From Candidatus Eiseniibacteriota bacterium (GTDB lineage: Bacteria > Eisenbacteria > RBG-16-71-46), in contig CAVZLN010000009.1 of assembly GCA_963776245.1 (NCBI GenBank), forward strand, positions 224,426 to 288,425: 64,000 bases of DNA. Reading direction: 5' to 3'. Of the stretch, positions 11,201 to 26,221 are shown piece after piece. The notes under the pieces were generated by a model. The model was not told where the DNA came from and searched no databases. It saw nothing but the letters and a program-made list of their open reading frames with translations. Every line of letters begins with the position of its first letter. The first letter of the stretch is position 1. Position numbers and translations under genes: made by a program.

Positions 11201-11387
11201 AGCCCACCGGGCACTCGCGGCAGGTCGACGCGTACCAGTACGAGACGCCCGGCATGGCGTCGTTCGGCGGCACCAGATAGGGGATGAGCCGCTCGGCCGG
11301 CGGCTGGGCGCAGCCCGAGAGGGTCCCGGCGGCCCCCACCCCCACGAGCTTCAGGAAGTCGCGTCGATTGAAGACGAAGTCCGACAT
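8247..11387 (-). CDS. actB: ACIII subunit ActB (molybdopterin-oxidoreductase-like domain plus Fe-S domain), Tat lipoprotein
   Basis: NRRDFLK Tat motif, LSGC lipobox; CNGCAACVVAC, CQHCSDAPC, CVGTRYCSNNC, CSMC...CAQSC. Confidence 0.95.
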   Translation of the reverse strand: MSDFVFNRRDFLKLVGVGAAGTLSGCAQPPAERLIPYLVPPNDAMPGVSYWYASTCRECPVGCGIQVKQRDGRAIKIEGHPAHPVGRGGVCARGHAGLQALYHPDRLVSPMVKKDGVWKAIAWDEALALAGARLGAARSRKDAVALLTGHHSGSLHRLAGEWAAGANGTHLVHEAFAHESLREANRRTFGTAAVPHLDFAKANLVISFGADFLETWVSPVSHARDFAALRARPDGRFIAIEPRLSLTGANADEWFPARPGSEMAVALGLANLIVTQGLASASVPGLREALAPWTPEAVEQASDIPAGELAEMAVQFAAARPGLAVAGGIATQSEQSVALIAAVNLLNWVAGNVNQTVRFDRTVNYDEVGTFADFQGLVKRMSEGQVDVLVVAGTNPVYSAPGWAGFSDALDKVPFRIGIVEVLDETAERCDLVLPACHALETLGDAETARGVHSLTQPAMQPLPQFRARPVGDALLALAAAASFGAFPGTWDEYLKARWKALQPRFGAGQDFDAFWNGALQRGGVWEEAAPVTVSWTGGVPAFAPPAFKGAGDLTLVLYASPNHYDGRGASKPWLQELPDPTTKVVWGSWAEIHPDTAKALGLEKGDALKVETEAGAVELPVYPYGGVRKDVVAIPLGQGHTAFTRYATGVGVNPLGLLVAAQDAASGAVAYLSTRARVSKGSTAARLVYTQRSMDQWDRGFAQVIPVAALTGQAAGAVDVSGAESAEPSHGAATSKAHLGGHGKGERHTFDPSQRKPGQHTEPMEHPEGYRPPAHSVSAFESENLARGPRRNPVDVGPYKTAEHRWAMAIDINACNGCAACVVACYAENNIPTVGPAMVERGREMSWIRIDRFEQQIGTMDKHNDVRFVPMMCQHCSDAPCEIVCPVYATYHNPEGLNAQVYNRCVGTRYCSNNCPYKVRAFNFFDYGAPEKPTFAFPEPLNWQLNPDVTVRSKGVMEKCSMCVQRILEGKGLARDEKRKVRDGDIQTACAQSCPSQAIVFGDLLDPASEVHRLSYDPQRRYWPLEELNTKPGVTYLKKIHREHV

Positions 11388-11394
11388 GCGTCCT

Positions 11395-11922
11395 CTAGTG
11401 ATGGCAGACCAGGCAGTCGGTGCTGGCCGGGTTCTCGGGGTCGTTCTCGTGCTGGCGATGGCAACCGACACACCAGCCCATCTTCATCGAGGGGTACTGG
11501 TAGACGACCGTCATCTCCTGCACCGGGCCGTGGCACTCCTGGCACTGGATGCCCTTCAGCACGTGACGCTTGTGGTTGAACTTCACGTGGTCGGGCAGGC
11601 GGTACACCTCGGCCCACTCCACCGGCTGGGTGCGCTCCCAGTAGCTGGCAAGCTTCTGGATCTCCGGGCGGTCGGAGACCGCGATCTTGTGGCACCCCAT
11701 GCACGTCGCCACCGCCGGAAGATTGGCGATCGGCGACTTCTCGGCGTCCGCGTGGCAGTAGAGACACTGCATCTGGAGCTTGCCGGCGTGGATCTGGTGA
11801 CTGAACCGGATCGGCTGCACCGGCCCCCGGCGATTGCCGAGCTGGACCGAGAAGGATTGGGTGAAGGCGGTTGTCGCGAGCGCGAGCATCACGAGGATGG
11901 ATAGCGCGATGATCTTCTTCAA
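11395..11922 (-). CDS. actA: ACIII pentaheme cytochrome c ActA (TTG start)
   Basis: Five CxxCH (CLYCH, CMGCH, CQECH, CVGCH, CLVCH); QPIRFSHQIHAG; GAGGG SD. Confidence 0.93.
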   Translation of the reverse strand: MKKIIALSILVMLALATTAFTQSFSVQLGNRRGPVQPIRFSHQIHAGKLQMQCLYCHADAEKSPIANLPAVATCMGCHKIAVSDRPEIQKLASYWERTQPVEWAEVYRLPDHVKFNHKRHVLKGIQCQECHGPVQEMTVVYQYPSMKMGWCVGCHRQHENDPENPASTDCLVCHH

Positions 11923-11950
11923 TGAGCCCTCGTGGGTGAAGGACCGCGGC

Positions 11951-11979
11951 AAGTTACCCGCGCCTCCGGATGCTGTCAA
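11951..11979 (-). promoter_or_regulatory. sigma70-type promoter of act operon
   Basis: TTGACA-N17-TAACTT about 30 nt upstream of actA. Confidence 0.75.
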
Positions 11980-12062
11980 CGGAGCCGCGGAGCCCGGCGC
12001 GAGGGCGCGCAGAGCCCCGGGCGCCCGAGTCCGGGTCGCGCGGGGGGACGGAGGGCCCGCGC

Positions 12063-13514
12063 CTAGCGCGGCCGGCCGGGCCTCACGATCTTCAGTGTCT
12101 CGCCGGTGCGCACGGTCTCGTCCAGTTCGAGATTGTTGATCACCGCGGTCTCCTCGACGCTGACCGCCTGGGCGCCCAGCTTCGGCAGCACCTCGGAGAA
12201 CGCGCCGGTGGTGCCCACCGTCACCACCCGCACGCGGGCGGGGAGCACCTCGAGTCGCGCCTCGTCGGCGACCGGGCGCAGCGAGCGCGCGGCGCGGGCG
12301 ATGGCGTCCTCCTCGGCAGCGGTCTTCCCGGCGCCGAGGATCTCCAGCATGCGCTGCGGCGACTGGCGGACGAACGCGGCGAACAGCGCGCGCACCCCGC
12401 CCTGGCCGTCGGGCACCGCGAGCCGGCCCACCCACGCCGGCCAGCCGCCGATGGTCTCGCCGCGGCCGTTCGCCTGGCTGGCCGACCCCTTCTGGAGCAG
12501 CCCGTCCACGAACGCCTGCGGCGTGGCGTCGCCGGCCGCCGCGAGCGACAGCGTCATCTGCCCCGCCTGGTCGGCCGCCGCCGCGCTCACGCCGCTCTTC
12601 CGGTCCTGGGTCGTCCAGCCGGCGGGGAACGTGATCTCGAAGCGCATCTCGGGCTGGGTGAAGCGCGCGCCGTCGAAGTAGCCCTGGCGCGGATCGGCTC
12701 CGAACACCACGCCATCGAGCCGCCGCACGTAGCCGAGCTGGTGCACGATCAGCCCGGAGTGGCCCGCCACCGCCTGAGCGGCGAGCGCCGAGGTGCGCTG
12801 CTCGCGGTCGCCCGGGTCGGGGTGCGTGGACATGAACCCCGGCAGGCGCTGGCCGGCCCGCTCGCTCACGCGCTTGAGCATGGCGTAGGTGGCCGGTATC
12901 TGGCGCGCGTCCCAGCCCGCCCGGGTGGTGTACTCCACCCCCAGCTCGTCGGCCTGGGTCTCGTCGTCGCGGCTGTACTTGAGCATCAGCAGCCCGAGCG
13001 CCTGCTGGGCGGCGCTGCTGTAGTCCCGCACCGTGGATGAGAACGCCGCGCCCACCGCCAGCCCGAGCCCCAGGACCTGCTGCTGGGTCATCTGCTTGGC
13101 GCCGTGGCGGGCGGTGACGTGGCCGATCTCGTGGCCGAGCACCCCGGCGAGCTGGGCCTCGGAGTTCAGGTGCGCGAGGATGCCGCGGGTGATGTAGATG
13201 TAGCCGCCCGGCATCGCGAACGCGTTCACCGTCGGATCGTCGAGCACCGTGAAGGTCCACTTCAGGTCGGGCCGGTGGGAGACCTTCGCCAGCGCCTGCC
13301 CCACGCTGTCCACGTACGCCTGCACCGCCGCGTCGTCGTAGCGGCCGTATTCCGCGATCACCGCGGGGAATCCCTCGCGGCCGAGCGACAGCTCCTGGTC
13401 GGCGCTCACCAGCGACAGCTCGCGCCGCCCGGTGACCGGGTTGGTGGCGCACGAGACCGCCAGCGCCGCGGCGAGCGCGGCGGCGCCGATCAGCAGGACG
13501 TAGCGCTGCGACAT
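12063..13514 (-). CDS. M48-family zinc metalloprotease lipoprotein (BepA/YfgC-like)
   Basis: AVSC lipobox, NAFAMPGG, HEIGH, YSRDDETQAD, STHP. Confidence 0.9.
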   Translation of the reverse strand: MSQRYVLLIGAAALAAALAVSCATNPVTGRRELSLVSADQELSLGREGFPAVIAEYGRYDDAAVQAYVDSVGQALAKVSHRPDLKWTFTVLDDPTVNAFAMPGGYIYITRGILAHLNSEAQLAGVLGHEIGHVTARHGAKQMTQQQVLGLGLAVGAAFSSTVRDYSSAAQQALGLLMLKYSRDDETQADELGVEYTTRAGWDARQIPATYAMLKRVSERAGQRLPGFMSTHPDPGDREQRTSALAAQAVAGHSGLIVHQLGYVRRLDGVVFGADPRQGYFDGARFTQPEMRFEITFPAGWTTQDRKSGVSAAAADQAGQMTLSLAAAGDATPQAFVDGLLQKGSASQANGRGETIGGWPAWVGRLAVPDGQGGVRALFAAFVRQSPQRMLEILGAGKTAAEEDAIARAARSLRPVADEARLEVLPARVRVVTVGTTGAFSEVLPKLGAQAVSVEETAVINNLELDETVRTGETLKIVRPGRPR

Positions 13515-13527
13515 GGTCCGACCTCCT

Positions 13528-14745
13528 CTAGTAGCGCGGGGTCGCGGGGTCCACCTCGCGGGACCACGCGTCGATGCCGCCGCGCAGGTTCTTGAGCCGG
13601 GTGAAGCCCGCCTGCTCCAGGAACTGGAGCGCCTGCATGCTGCGCTGACCGTGGTGACAGTAGAGCACCAGCGTGCGATCGCGGTCGAGCTCCTGCACTC
13701 TCGCCGGCAGCGTGCCGAGGGGCACCAGCGTCGCGCCGGGCAGCCGCGCGATCCGCCACTCGTGCGGTTCGCGCACGTCCACCAGCATCATGTCCTCACC
13801 CTGCGCCAGCCGCTGCTCGAGCTCGCGCGGGGTCCACTGGCGCGACTCGCCCTCCGGCTTCCGGCCCCAGAACATGTCCTCCCCCGCGGCGGCCGGCTCC
13901 GCGCCTCCGGGCGCGGGCCCGCCACAGAACTGGTCGTAGTCGATCAGGCGGTCGAGGGTGGGATGCTCGCCGCACAGCGGGCAGCCAGGGTCCTTGCGCA
14001 GCGCCAGTTCGCGGAACCGCATCGCCAGCGCGTCGAACACCAGCAGCCGGCCGATGAGTGGTTCGCCCACGCCGAGCAGCAGCTTGAGCGTCTCGATCGC
14101 CTGCACCATCCCGATCACGCCCGGCAGCACGCCGAGCACGCCGCCCTCCGCGCACGAAGGCACCAGCCCGGGGGGCGGCGGGTCCGGGTAGAGGCACCGA
14201 TAGCACGGCCCGCGCCGCGCGTCGAACACGCTCACCTGCCCCTCGAAGCGGAACACGCTCCCCTGCACGTTGGGGATGCCGAGCAGCGCGCACGCGTCGT
14301 TGACGAGGTAGCGGGTGGCGAAGTTGTCCGCGCCGTCGGCCACCACGTCGTACCCGCGCATCAGCTCGAGCGCGTTGGAGCTGTCGAGACGCACCTCGTG
14401 CGTCTCCACGAGCACGTGCGGATTGAGGTCGGCGAGCCGCGAGCGCGCCGATTCCACCTTCGGGCGGCCCACGTCGGAGGTGCCATGCAGGAGCTGGCGG
14501 TGGAGGTTGGACGCGTCCACCGCGTCGAAGTCCACGATGCCGATGCGGCCCACCCCGGCCGCGGCGAGGTAGAGCGCGAGCGGCGAGCCCAACCCGCCGG
14601 CCCCCACCAGCATCACGCTCGACCCCTTGAGCCGGCGCTGGCCCTCCTCGCCCACCCCGGGCAGGGCGAAATGGCGCGAGTAGCGCAGCGACTCCTCGAA
14701 ACTGAACGAGGACGGAGCGGCGGGCGGGTCGTCGGGTCGGGGCAT
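13528..14745 (-). CDS. moeB: Molybdopterin-synthase adenylyltransferase MoeB with rhodanese domain (MoeZ-type)
   Basis: RYSRH, GAGGLG, SNLHRQ, CYRC, CPLC; C-terminal DVREPHE...YCHHG...GGIDAW. Confidence 0.92.
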   Translation of the reverse strand: MPRPDDPPAAPSSFSFEESLRYSRHFALPGVGEEGQRRLKGSSVMLVGAGGLGSPLALYLAAAGVGRIGIVDFDAVDASNLHRQLLHGTSDVGRPKVESARSRLADLNPHVLVETHEVRLDSSNALELMRGYDVVADGADNFATRYLVNDACALLGIPNVQGSVFRFEGQVSVFDARRGPCYRCLYPDPPPPGLVPSCAEGGVLGVLPGVIGMVQAIETLKLLLGVGEPLIGRLLVFDALAMRFRELALRKDPGCPLCGEHPTLDRLIDYDQFCGGPAPGGAEPAAAGEDMFWGRKPEGESRQWTPRELEQRLAQGEDMMLVDVREPHEWRIARLPGATLVPLGTLPARVQELDRDRTLVLYCHHGQRSMQALQFLEQAGFTRLKNLRGGIDAWSREVDPATPRY

Positions 14746-14836
14746 CGGGTGGGGTCCGGGTTGGGTGCTCGAGAGACTTGGATGCGGCCGGTCGCCCTTG
14801 GACGCCGTCATGCTGGCGCCACGCGCGCGCGACGGC

Positions 14837-14842
14837 TACGAT
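14837..14842 (+). promoter_or_regulatory. -10 element 8 nt before glk ATG (leaderless-type)
   Basis: TACGAT-N8-ATG; no SD. Confidence 0.45.
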
Positions 14843-14850
14843 GCCGCCTC

Positions 14851-15828
14851 ATGATCCTCGCGGGTGACGTCGGCGGCACCAAGGTCCAGCTGGCACTCTA
14901 CGACGAAGGCGCCGGCGCGCGGAAGCCCGCTCGCCAGGCCCGCTTCGCCAGCCACGAGCACGCCTCGCTCGAGGACTGCCTGCGCGCCTTCCTGGGCGCC
15001 CCGCTGCCGCCCATCGAGCGCGCCGCCTTCGGGGTGGCCGGGCCGATCGTGGGCGAGCGATGCGAGGCCACCAACCTCCCGTGGGTGGTGGACGGCGACT
15101 CGCTCGGACGCACGCTGGGAGCGTCGCGGGTGCGCCTGCTGAACGACCTCGAGGCCACCGCGTGGGGCATCCGCACGCTCGAGGCGGCCGACCTCGAGAC
15201 CCTGCAGGCCGGGGACGATCAGGCGGGCCATCGCGCCCTGATCGCCGCCGGCACCGGGCTGGGCCAGGGGCTGCTCGTGCATCGCGCCGGCACCTGGACG
15301 CCCGCGCCCTCGGAGGGCGGGCACGCCGACTTCGCCTCCCGCGACGAGCTCGAGGACGAACTGCTGCGCTGGCTGCGCGGGCGCCATGGGCGCGCGTCGT
15401 ACGAGCGCGTGCTGTCGGGCCCGGGGCTCGCCGAGCTGTTCCGCTTCCTGCGCGCGACCGGCCGCGGCGCCGAGCCCGCGGAGTTCGCGCGGCGCTTCGA
15501 TGCCGACGCCGACCCGGCGGCGGTGGTGTCCGCGGGCGCGCTCGACGGCTCGTGCGAGCGCGCGCGCCTCGCGCTCGAGCGCTTCGTCGAGATCTACGGC
15601 GCGCAGGCGGGCAACCTCGCGCTCACCACGTTCGCGACCGGCGGGCTCTACGTCGCCGGCGGCATCGCCCCGCGCATCCTGCCGTTCCTGCGTGACGGGC
15701 GCTTCGTGCGCGCCTTCGGCGCCAAGGGCAGGCTCTCACCGCTCCTCGCGCGCATCCCGGTGCGCGTGATCCTCGATCCGCAGGCCCCGCTGTGGGGCGC
15801 GGCGCACGTGGCCCTGGAGGACGCATGA
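14851..15828 (+). CDS. glk: Glucokinase
   Basis: [37 protein letters not shown]. Confidence 0.95.
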   Translation: MILAGDVGGTKVQLALYDEGAGARKPARQARFASHEHASLEDCLRAFLGAPLPPIERAAFGVAGPIVGERCEATNLPWVVDGDSLGRTLGASRVRLLNDLEATAWGIRTLEAADLETLQAGDDQAGHRALIAAGTGLGQGLLVHRAGTWTPAPSEGGHADFASRDELEDELLRWLRGRHGRASYERVLSGPGLAELFRFLRATGRGAEPAEFARRFDADADPAAVVSAGALDGSCERARLALERFVEIYGAQAGNLALTTFATGGLYVAGGIAPRILPFLRDGRFVRAFGAKGRLSPLLARIPVRVILDPQAPLWGAAHVALEDA

Positions 15829-17831
15829 CCCTGAACCCGAACGCCGACCTCGAGCAGCAGGCGGTGGAGTGCCTCCGCTTTCTCGCCGCCGACGCGGTGG
15901 AGCAGGCGAAGAGCGGACACCCCGGCATGCCGATGGGGATGGCCGACGCGGCGTATGTGATCTGGATGCGCCACCTGCGCCACGCGCCCGCCGATCCGGG
16001 CTGGCCCGGGCGCGACCGCTTCGTGCTCTCGGGCGGACACGGCTCGATGCTGCTCTACGGACTGCTCCATCTGACCGGGTACGACCTGCCGATGGCGGAG
16101 CTCGAGCGCTTCCGCCAGTGGGGCAGCCGCACCCCCGGACACCCCGAGCGCGGGCACACCCCGGGCGTCGAGACCACGACCGGACCGCTCGGCCAGGGCT
16201 TCGGCAACGCCGTGGGCATGGCGCTCGCCGCCCGCATGCTGGCGGCGCGTGTCGCGGGGAACGCGCTGGCGCCCCCGCCCGCGCGCGTGTTCGCGATGTG
16301 CGGCGACGGGGACCTGATGGAGGGGATCTCGTCCGAGGCCGCCTCGATGGCGGCCCACTGGGGACTGGGCAATCTGGTGGTGGTGTACGACGACAACCGC
16401 ATCACCATCGAGGGCCCCACCTCGCTGGCGTGGAGCGAGGACGTGGGCGCGCGCTTCACCGCCTACGGCTGGCACGTGCAGCGCGTGGACGCGCATGACC
16501 GCGCCGCGGTGGACGCCGCGCTCGGAGCCGCAGTGGCCGAGGGCGACCGCCCGAGCCTGATCGTGGCGCGCAGCCACATCGCCTATGGCGCCCCCAACAA
16601 GCAGGACACCGCCGCCGCGCACGGCGAGCCGCTGGGCGCCGACGAGCTGGCGGCCGCCAAGCGCGCGCGCGGCTGGCCCACCGAGCCCGCGTTCCTGGTG
16701 CCGGACGCGGTGCGCGCGCACTTCGCCGCGCGCACCGCGGAGCTGGAGCGCGCGCACGCCGCCTGGCACGAGCGCCTGATGGCGTGGCGCGCCGCCGCGC
16801 CGGCCGACGCGGCGCGCTATGGCGCGCTGCTCGAAGCGCAGGTCCCGGCCGACCTGTTCGACCGCCTGGTGGCGGCCGCTCCCGCCACCGCGGCCGCCAC
16901 GCGCGCGCATGGCGGCGCGGTGCTCCAGCAGGCGGCGGCGCTGATCCCGTCGCTGGTCGGCGGCAGCGCCGACCTCGAGCCCTCGACCAAGACCTGGATC
17001 AAGGACTCGCCCGCGATCGCGCGCGGCGAGTACGCCGGGCGCAACCTGCACTTCGGGGTCCGCGAACACGGCATGGGCGCGGTGCTGAACGGCCTGGCGC
17101 TGCACGGCGGCTTCATCCCGTTCGGCGCGTCGTTCCTGGTGTTCACCGACTACGCCCGCCCGGCGATCCGGCTCTCGGCGCTGATGGGCACGCGCGTGGT
17201 GTGGGTGTTCACCCACGACAGCGTGTTCCTCGGCGAGGACGGTCCCACCCATCAGCCGGTCGAGCACCTCGAGTCGTTGCGCGCCATCCCCGGCCTCCAC
17301 GTGGTGCGTCCGGCCGACGGCCTCGAGACCGCCGCTGCGTGGGCGCTGGCGCTCGAGCGGCGCGACGGGCCGACGCTGATGGCGCTCTCGCGCCAGAGCC
17401 TGCCGCCGCTCGAGCGGCCGTCTTCGTTCACGCCCGCCCAGCTCAGGCGCGGCGGGTACGTGGTGCGCGAGGCCGCGGCCGCCGGAGCGGTCACGCTCAT
17501 CGCCACCGGCTCCGAGGTGTCGCTCGCGGTCGCGGCCGCGCAGCGCATGGACGACGCCGGACTGGCCGCGCGGGTGGTGAGCATGCCGTGCGCCGAGTGG
17601 TTCCTGGCGCAGGACGCGGGATGGCGCGACGCGGTGCTGCCGCCCGGCGGGCGGCGTGTGAGTCTGGAGGCGGGGGTCACCGGCTACTGGCGCCGGTTCA
17701 TCGGCGAGGGCGGGCTCGCGATCGGCATCGACCGCTTCGGCGCCTCGGCGCCGGCCGCCGAGCTGGCGCGCCGGTTCGGCTTCACGCCCGAGGCGGTGGC
17801 CGAGCGCGTCCGGGCATGGGCGCGCGGGTGA
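15825..17831 (+). CDS. tkt: Transketolase
   Basis: [50 protein letters not shown]. Confidence 0.97.
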   Translation: MTLNPNADLEQQAVECLRFLAADAVEQAKSGHPGMPMGMADAAYVIWMRHLRHAPADPGWPGRDRFVLSGGHGSMLLYGLLHLTGYDLPMAELERFRQWGSRTPGHPERGHTPGVETTTGPLGQGFGNAVGMALAARMLAARVAGNALAPPPARVFAMCGDGDLMEGISSEAASMAAHWGLGNLVVVYDDNRITIEGPTSLAWSEDVGARFTAYGWHVQRVDAHDRAAVDAALGAAVAEGDRPSLIVARSHIAYGAPNKQDTAAAHGEPLGADELAAAKRARGWPTEPAFLVPDAVRAHFAARTAELERAHAAWHERLMAWRAAAPADAARYGALLEAQVPADLFDRLVAAAPATAAATRAHGGAVLQQAAALIPSLVGGSADLEPSTKTWIKDSPAIARGEYAGRNLHFGVREHGMGAVLNGLALHGGFIPFGASFLVFTDYARPAIRLSALMGTRVVWVFTHDSVFLGEDGPTHQPVEHLESLRAIPGLHVVRPADGLETAAAWALALERRDGPTLMALSRQSLPPLERPSSFTPAQLRRGGYVVREAAAAGAVTLIATGSEVSLAVAAAQRMDDAGLAARVVSMPCAEWFLAQDAGWRDAVLPPGGRRVSLEAGVTGYWRRFIGEGGLAIGIDRFGASAPAAELARRFGFTPEAVAERVRAWARG

Positions 17832-18412
17832 GCGTGCGCGCGCGCCGGGCGGCATGCGTGGCGCTCGCCGCCGGGCTGACGCTCGCAGCGTGCGCCCGCG
17901 ATCGGGCGCCGGAGCGCGCGGCGGCGCCCGGGCGGACGGCGGTCGCGGGCCCCGCGGCACCCACCGCTCCGCGATCCGGCCTGAGCGTGACCCCCGCCAC
18001 GGCGAGCGAGGTGGTGGCACTCACCCGCGCCCCGGGCGCCGCGGCGACGCTGGTGAACGTGTGGGCGTCCTGGTGCGCGCCGTGCCGCGCGGAGATGCCC
18101 GCGCTGCTCGCCGTGGAGCGCGCGAACCGGGCGCGCGGCCTGCGCGTGGCGCTGGTCTCGGCCGATTTCGACAGCGCCACGGCGCATCGCTACCTGGCGC
18201 GCGCGGGCGTGGACTACCCCACCTGGATCAAGACCGGGGACGACATGGCGTTCATCGATGCGCTGAGCCCGCACTGGAGCGGCGCGCTCCCCGCGACGTT
18301 CGTGTACGACGCGCACGGCACGCTGGTGCGCTTCTGGGAGGGCGCCGCCGACTCCCAGCGCTTCACTTCCGCCGTGGCCGCGGCCCTCGCGCGCGGTGCC
18401 GCGCCGCGCTGA
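17828..18412 (+). CDS. TlpA-like thiol-disulfide oxidoreductase, lipoprotein
   Basis: GTGA overlap with tkt; LAAC lipobox; [18 protein letters not shown]. Confidence 0.85.
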   Translation: MSVRARRAACVALAAGLTLAACARDRAPERAAAPGRTAVAGPAAPTAPRSGLSVTPATASEVVALTRAPGAAATLVNVWASWCAPCRAEMPALLAVERANRARGLRVALVSADFDSATAHRYLARAGVDYPTWIKTGDDMAFIDALSPHWSGALPATFVYDAHGTLVRFWEGAADSQRFTSAVAAALARGAAPR

Positions 18413-18433
18413 ACCCGATCCGGAGGATCCACC

Positions 18434-19048
18434 ATGCGCCGTTCCATCGCCTCGCTCGCCCTGCTCATCGCCCTGACACCGGCCGCGGCTCCCGCGCCCG
18501 CCGCCGGCCTCGTCCTCGGCGATCCGGCGCCCATGTCCGACGTGAAGATGCGCGACGTCGGCGGCCGCGAGATCTCCCTCGCCGCGGCGAAAGGCGCCCG
18601 GGGCACGCTGGTGGTGTTCACCTGCAATCATTGCCCGTATGCCAAAGCGTGGGAACGGCGGATCGCCGCGCTCGGCAACGACGCGGCGCGGCGCGGGCTG
18701 GGGGTGATCGCCATCAACCCCAACGACCCCGCCGCCTATCCCGAGGACGCGTTCGAGCCGATGGTGAAGCGCGCGCGGGCGCTCGGCCTGCGGTTCCCCT
18801 ACACCGTGGACGCCACCAGCGGCATGGCGCGGGCGTTCGGCGCCACGCGCACCCCTGAGGCGTTCCTGTTCGACGCCGGCGGGAAGCTGGTCTACCACGG
18901 CACCATCGACGACAACGCCAAGGACGCGGACGCGGTGAAGCGCCACTACCTGCGCGATGCCGTGGACGCGGTGCTGGCCGGCAAGCCGGTGCCGATGGCG
19001 GAGACCAAGGCGCTCGGCTGCAGCATCAAGTTCCGCGACGGAGGGTAG
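18434..19048 (+). CDS. Exported thioredoxin-family (AhpC/TSA redoxin-like) protein
   Basis: GGAGG SD; signal peptide; FTCNHCPY, GATRTPE, YHGTIDD, GCSIK. Confidence 0.9.
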   Translation: MRRSIASLALLIALTPAAAPAPAAGLVLGDPAPMSDVKMRDVGGREISLAAAKGARGTLVVFTCNHCPYAKAWERRIAALGNDAARRGLGVIAINPNDPAAYPEDAFEPMVKRARALGLRFPYTVDATSGMARAFGATRTPEAFLFDAGGKLVYHGTIDDNAKDADAVKRHYLRDAVDAVLAGKPVPMAETKALGCSIKFRDGG

Positions 19049-19243
19049 CGGCGCGCGGCGCTCCCGGGGGCGCGCCCGGGTCACCGGGGGAGCGTGCCGG
19101 TCCCGCGTCGGACGGGCCGCCGGTCCGTTGACGCGCCCCTCGCCCGGGGCGCATCCTGCGGTGAGATCGTCCTGCGGCGTGGTGGGCGCCCTGCGCGCCC
19201 GATGGCGCCCGAAACAGCCCGCACGAACCCCCGGAGAGTTCGC

Positions 19244-22107
19244 ATGTCCAGCCGTGCCGAACGACTGCTCACCCTCGGCCAGAGCGTCTGGCTCGACTTC
19301 ATCCGCCGCGGCCACCTGGCCTCGGGCGAGTTCGACCGCATGGTCCGCGAGCAGGGCGTGGTGGGCGTGACCTCGAACCCGACCATCTTCCACCAGGCCA
19401 TCGCCGACAGCCACGACTACGACGACGCGATCCGCCGGCTGGTGGGCCGTGGGCTGTCCGGGACGGCGCTCTACGAGGCGCTCGCCATCGAGGACATCCA
19501 AGGCGCGTGCGACCGGCTGAAGGCGGTGTTCGACCGTTCGGGCGGCATGGACGGACGCGTGAGCATCGAGGTGAGCCCGACGCTCGCGCACGACACCGCG
19601 GGGACGATCGAGGAAGGGCGCCGCCTGCACCGCGAGGTGGCGCGGCCGAACGTGATGATCAAGGTCCCGGCCACCGCGGCCGGGCTGCCGGCGATCGAGC
19701 AGCTGATCGCCGATGGACTGAGCATCAACGTCACGCTGATCTTCACGCTGGAGCGCTACGCCGAGGTGCTCGAGGCCTTCCAGAAGGGGCTCGAGCGCCG
19801 CACCGCCGCCGGCCAGCCACTCGGCGGGATCCGCTCGGTGGCGTCGTTCTTCATCTCGCGCGTGGACTCCAAGGTGGACAAGGCGATCGAACAGCGCCTC
19901 GCCGCGCTGCCCGAGGCCGGTAGCGAGCGCGCCGAGCTCCGTCACCTGGGCGGCCGCGCCGCGGTCGCCAACGCGCGGCTCGCGTACGCGAAGTTCCTCG
20001 CGGTCTCGGCGGCGCCGCGCTGGCAGGCGCTGGCGGCCCGGGGCGCGCACCCGCAGCGCCCGCTGTGGGCCTCGACCAGCACCAAGAACCCGGCCTACCC
20101 CGACACGCTCTACGTGGACGAGCTGATCGGGCCCGAGACCGTGAACACCATGCCGCCCGCGACCCTGACGGCCTTCAACGATCACGGCGCGCTCGAGGCG
20201 CGCATCGGCCACGACCTGACCGGGGCCGAGCGGCTGTTCGAGCGGCTGCCCGAGCTGGGCATCGCCCTGCCGGCGCTCATCGGCGAGCTCGAGGGCGAGG
20301 GTGTGGCGTCGTTCGCGAAATCGTTCGAGGCCCTGCTGGCGGCGCTCGAGACCAAGCGCGCCTCGCTCGCCGGTCCCCTCGACCCCGCGTCGGTCCGCGG
20401 CCCGGCCCGCGACCCCGACGGGCGCATCGCGAAGCGGCTCGAAGCGCTCGACCGCGAGCGGTTCGCGGAGCGCCTGTGGCGGCGCGATGACGCGCTGTGG
20501 GGCCCTGATCCGGCGCGCCGCAAGGTGGCCGCGAACCGCCTCGGCTGGCTCGCGTCCCCGGGCTGGATGAAGCGCGAGCTGGCCGGCCTCGAGGCGTTCG
20601 CCGCCGAGCTCGCCGGCGAGGGCTACACGCACGCCGTGCTGCTCGGCATGGGCGGCTCCAGCCTGGCGCCCGAGACCTTCCAGCGCGTGTTCGGGACCCG
20701 CCGCGGACGACTCGAGCTCGCGGTGCTCGACGACACCTCGCCCGCCGCGGTGCGCGCCGTCGCCGAGGCGCACGATCCGCTGCGCACCTTCTTCGTGGTG
20801 TCGTCCAAGTCGGGGGGCACCATCGAGGTCGCCTCGTTCGAGGCGTACTTCTTCGAGTGGGTGCGGAAGGTGCGCGGCGACATGGCCGGGCGCTCCTTCG
20901 CGGCCATCACCGACCCGGGCACCACGCTCGCCACGCTGGCGCAGCAGCGCGGCTACCGGCGGGTGTTCACGAACCCCCCCGACATCGGCGGGCGCTATTC
21001 GGCACTGTCCTACTTCGGGCTGGTGCCGGCGGCGCTGATCGGCGCACCGCTCGAGAAGCTCGCGAGCCGGGCCGAGGAGGAAGCGCGCGCGTGCGGCGGC
21101 GACGTGGCCGCGGCGCGCAACCCGGGGGTGGCGCTCGGCGCGGCGCTGGGCGAACTCGCGCGCGCCGGGCGCGACAAGCTCACGCTGGTGCTCGGTCCCG
21201 AGCTCGCGCCGCTCGGCGCCTGGGTGGAGCAACTGGTGGCCGAGAGCACGGGCAAGGACGGCGTCGGGATTCTGCCGGTGGAGGGCGAGCCGCTCGCGGC
21301 CCCCGCGCTCTACGGCGACGACCGCGTGTTCGTCGCGGTGTCGGTGAAGCCGTTCGACCCCGCGACCGAGGCCGCGCTCGCGGCGCTCGCGGCCGCCGGC
21401 CACCCGGTGCTGCGCTGGGGCCGTGAGGACCTCGCGGCGGTCGGCGCGGAGTGCGTGCGCTGGGAGGTCGCCACCGCCACCGCGGGCGCCACGCTGGGCG
21501 TGGACCCGTTCGACGAGCCCAACGTGACCGAGGCCAAGCAGGCGACCCAGGCGGTGCTCGAGGGCTTCCTGCGCGATGGCCGCTTCCCGTCCGCCGCGCC
21601 GCTCGCGACCGCGAAAGGCATGGCGGTGGATGCTCCAGCCGCCACCGCCGAACTGTTGCGCGGGCGGGCGGGCGCCGAGCCGGCGTCCTGGGCCGCGGCG
21701 CTCGCGGCCGCCACCCGGCCCGGCGACTACCTGGCGATCCTCGCCTACCTCCATCGCACGCCGGCGCGGCGCGAGCGGCTCCATCGGCTGCGGGTCGCGC
21801 TGCGCGCGGCGAGCCGGCGTGCGACCACGCTCGGCTGGGGGCCGCGCTTCCTGCATTCCACCGGCCAGCTCCACAAGGGTGGCGCGAACAACGGGGTGTT
21901 CCTGCTGCTCACCGCCGACGAGGGCGAGCTGCCGATCCCGGGACAGCGGTACGGGTTCGGCGCGCTGCGGCGGGCGCAGGCCGAGGGCGACTACGAGGTG
22001 CTGGGACGGCGCGGGCGGCGCGTGCTGCGCGTGCACCTGGGCGCCGACGTGGAGAGCGGGCTCGACGCGCTCGTCTCCGCCCTCGAGACCACGGCGGCGG
22101 CGCGGAC

Positions 22108-22111
<4 letters not shown>
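19244..22111 (+). CDS. tal-pgi: Bifunctional transaldolase/glucose-6-phosphate isomerase
   Basis: GQSVWLD, GVTSNPTIF, MIKVPAT, LWASTSTK; then LGMGGS, SSKSGGT, IGGRYS, EQLVAESTGK, PFDEPNV, HSTGQLHKGG. Confidence 0.95.
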
Positions 22112-26013
<3,902 letters not shown>

Positions 26014-26221
26014 GGAGTGCGAGCCTCATGGGGGGGGCATGGCGGCCCGCGGTGAGGGTGCCCGGGCGCGCCTGGACCCGCCCGGGGTATCGGCCGAGCC
26101 GCGTGAACGCTTGAGGGACAAGCGGATGCGGGGCGGAACCGTGCGCGGGGGCCGGCCGCGGGGGGCGCGGGTCGGGGCCTTCAGGGTGGCGCTGGGTGCC
26201 GGCCGCCGGGCCGCCACCCGG

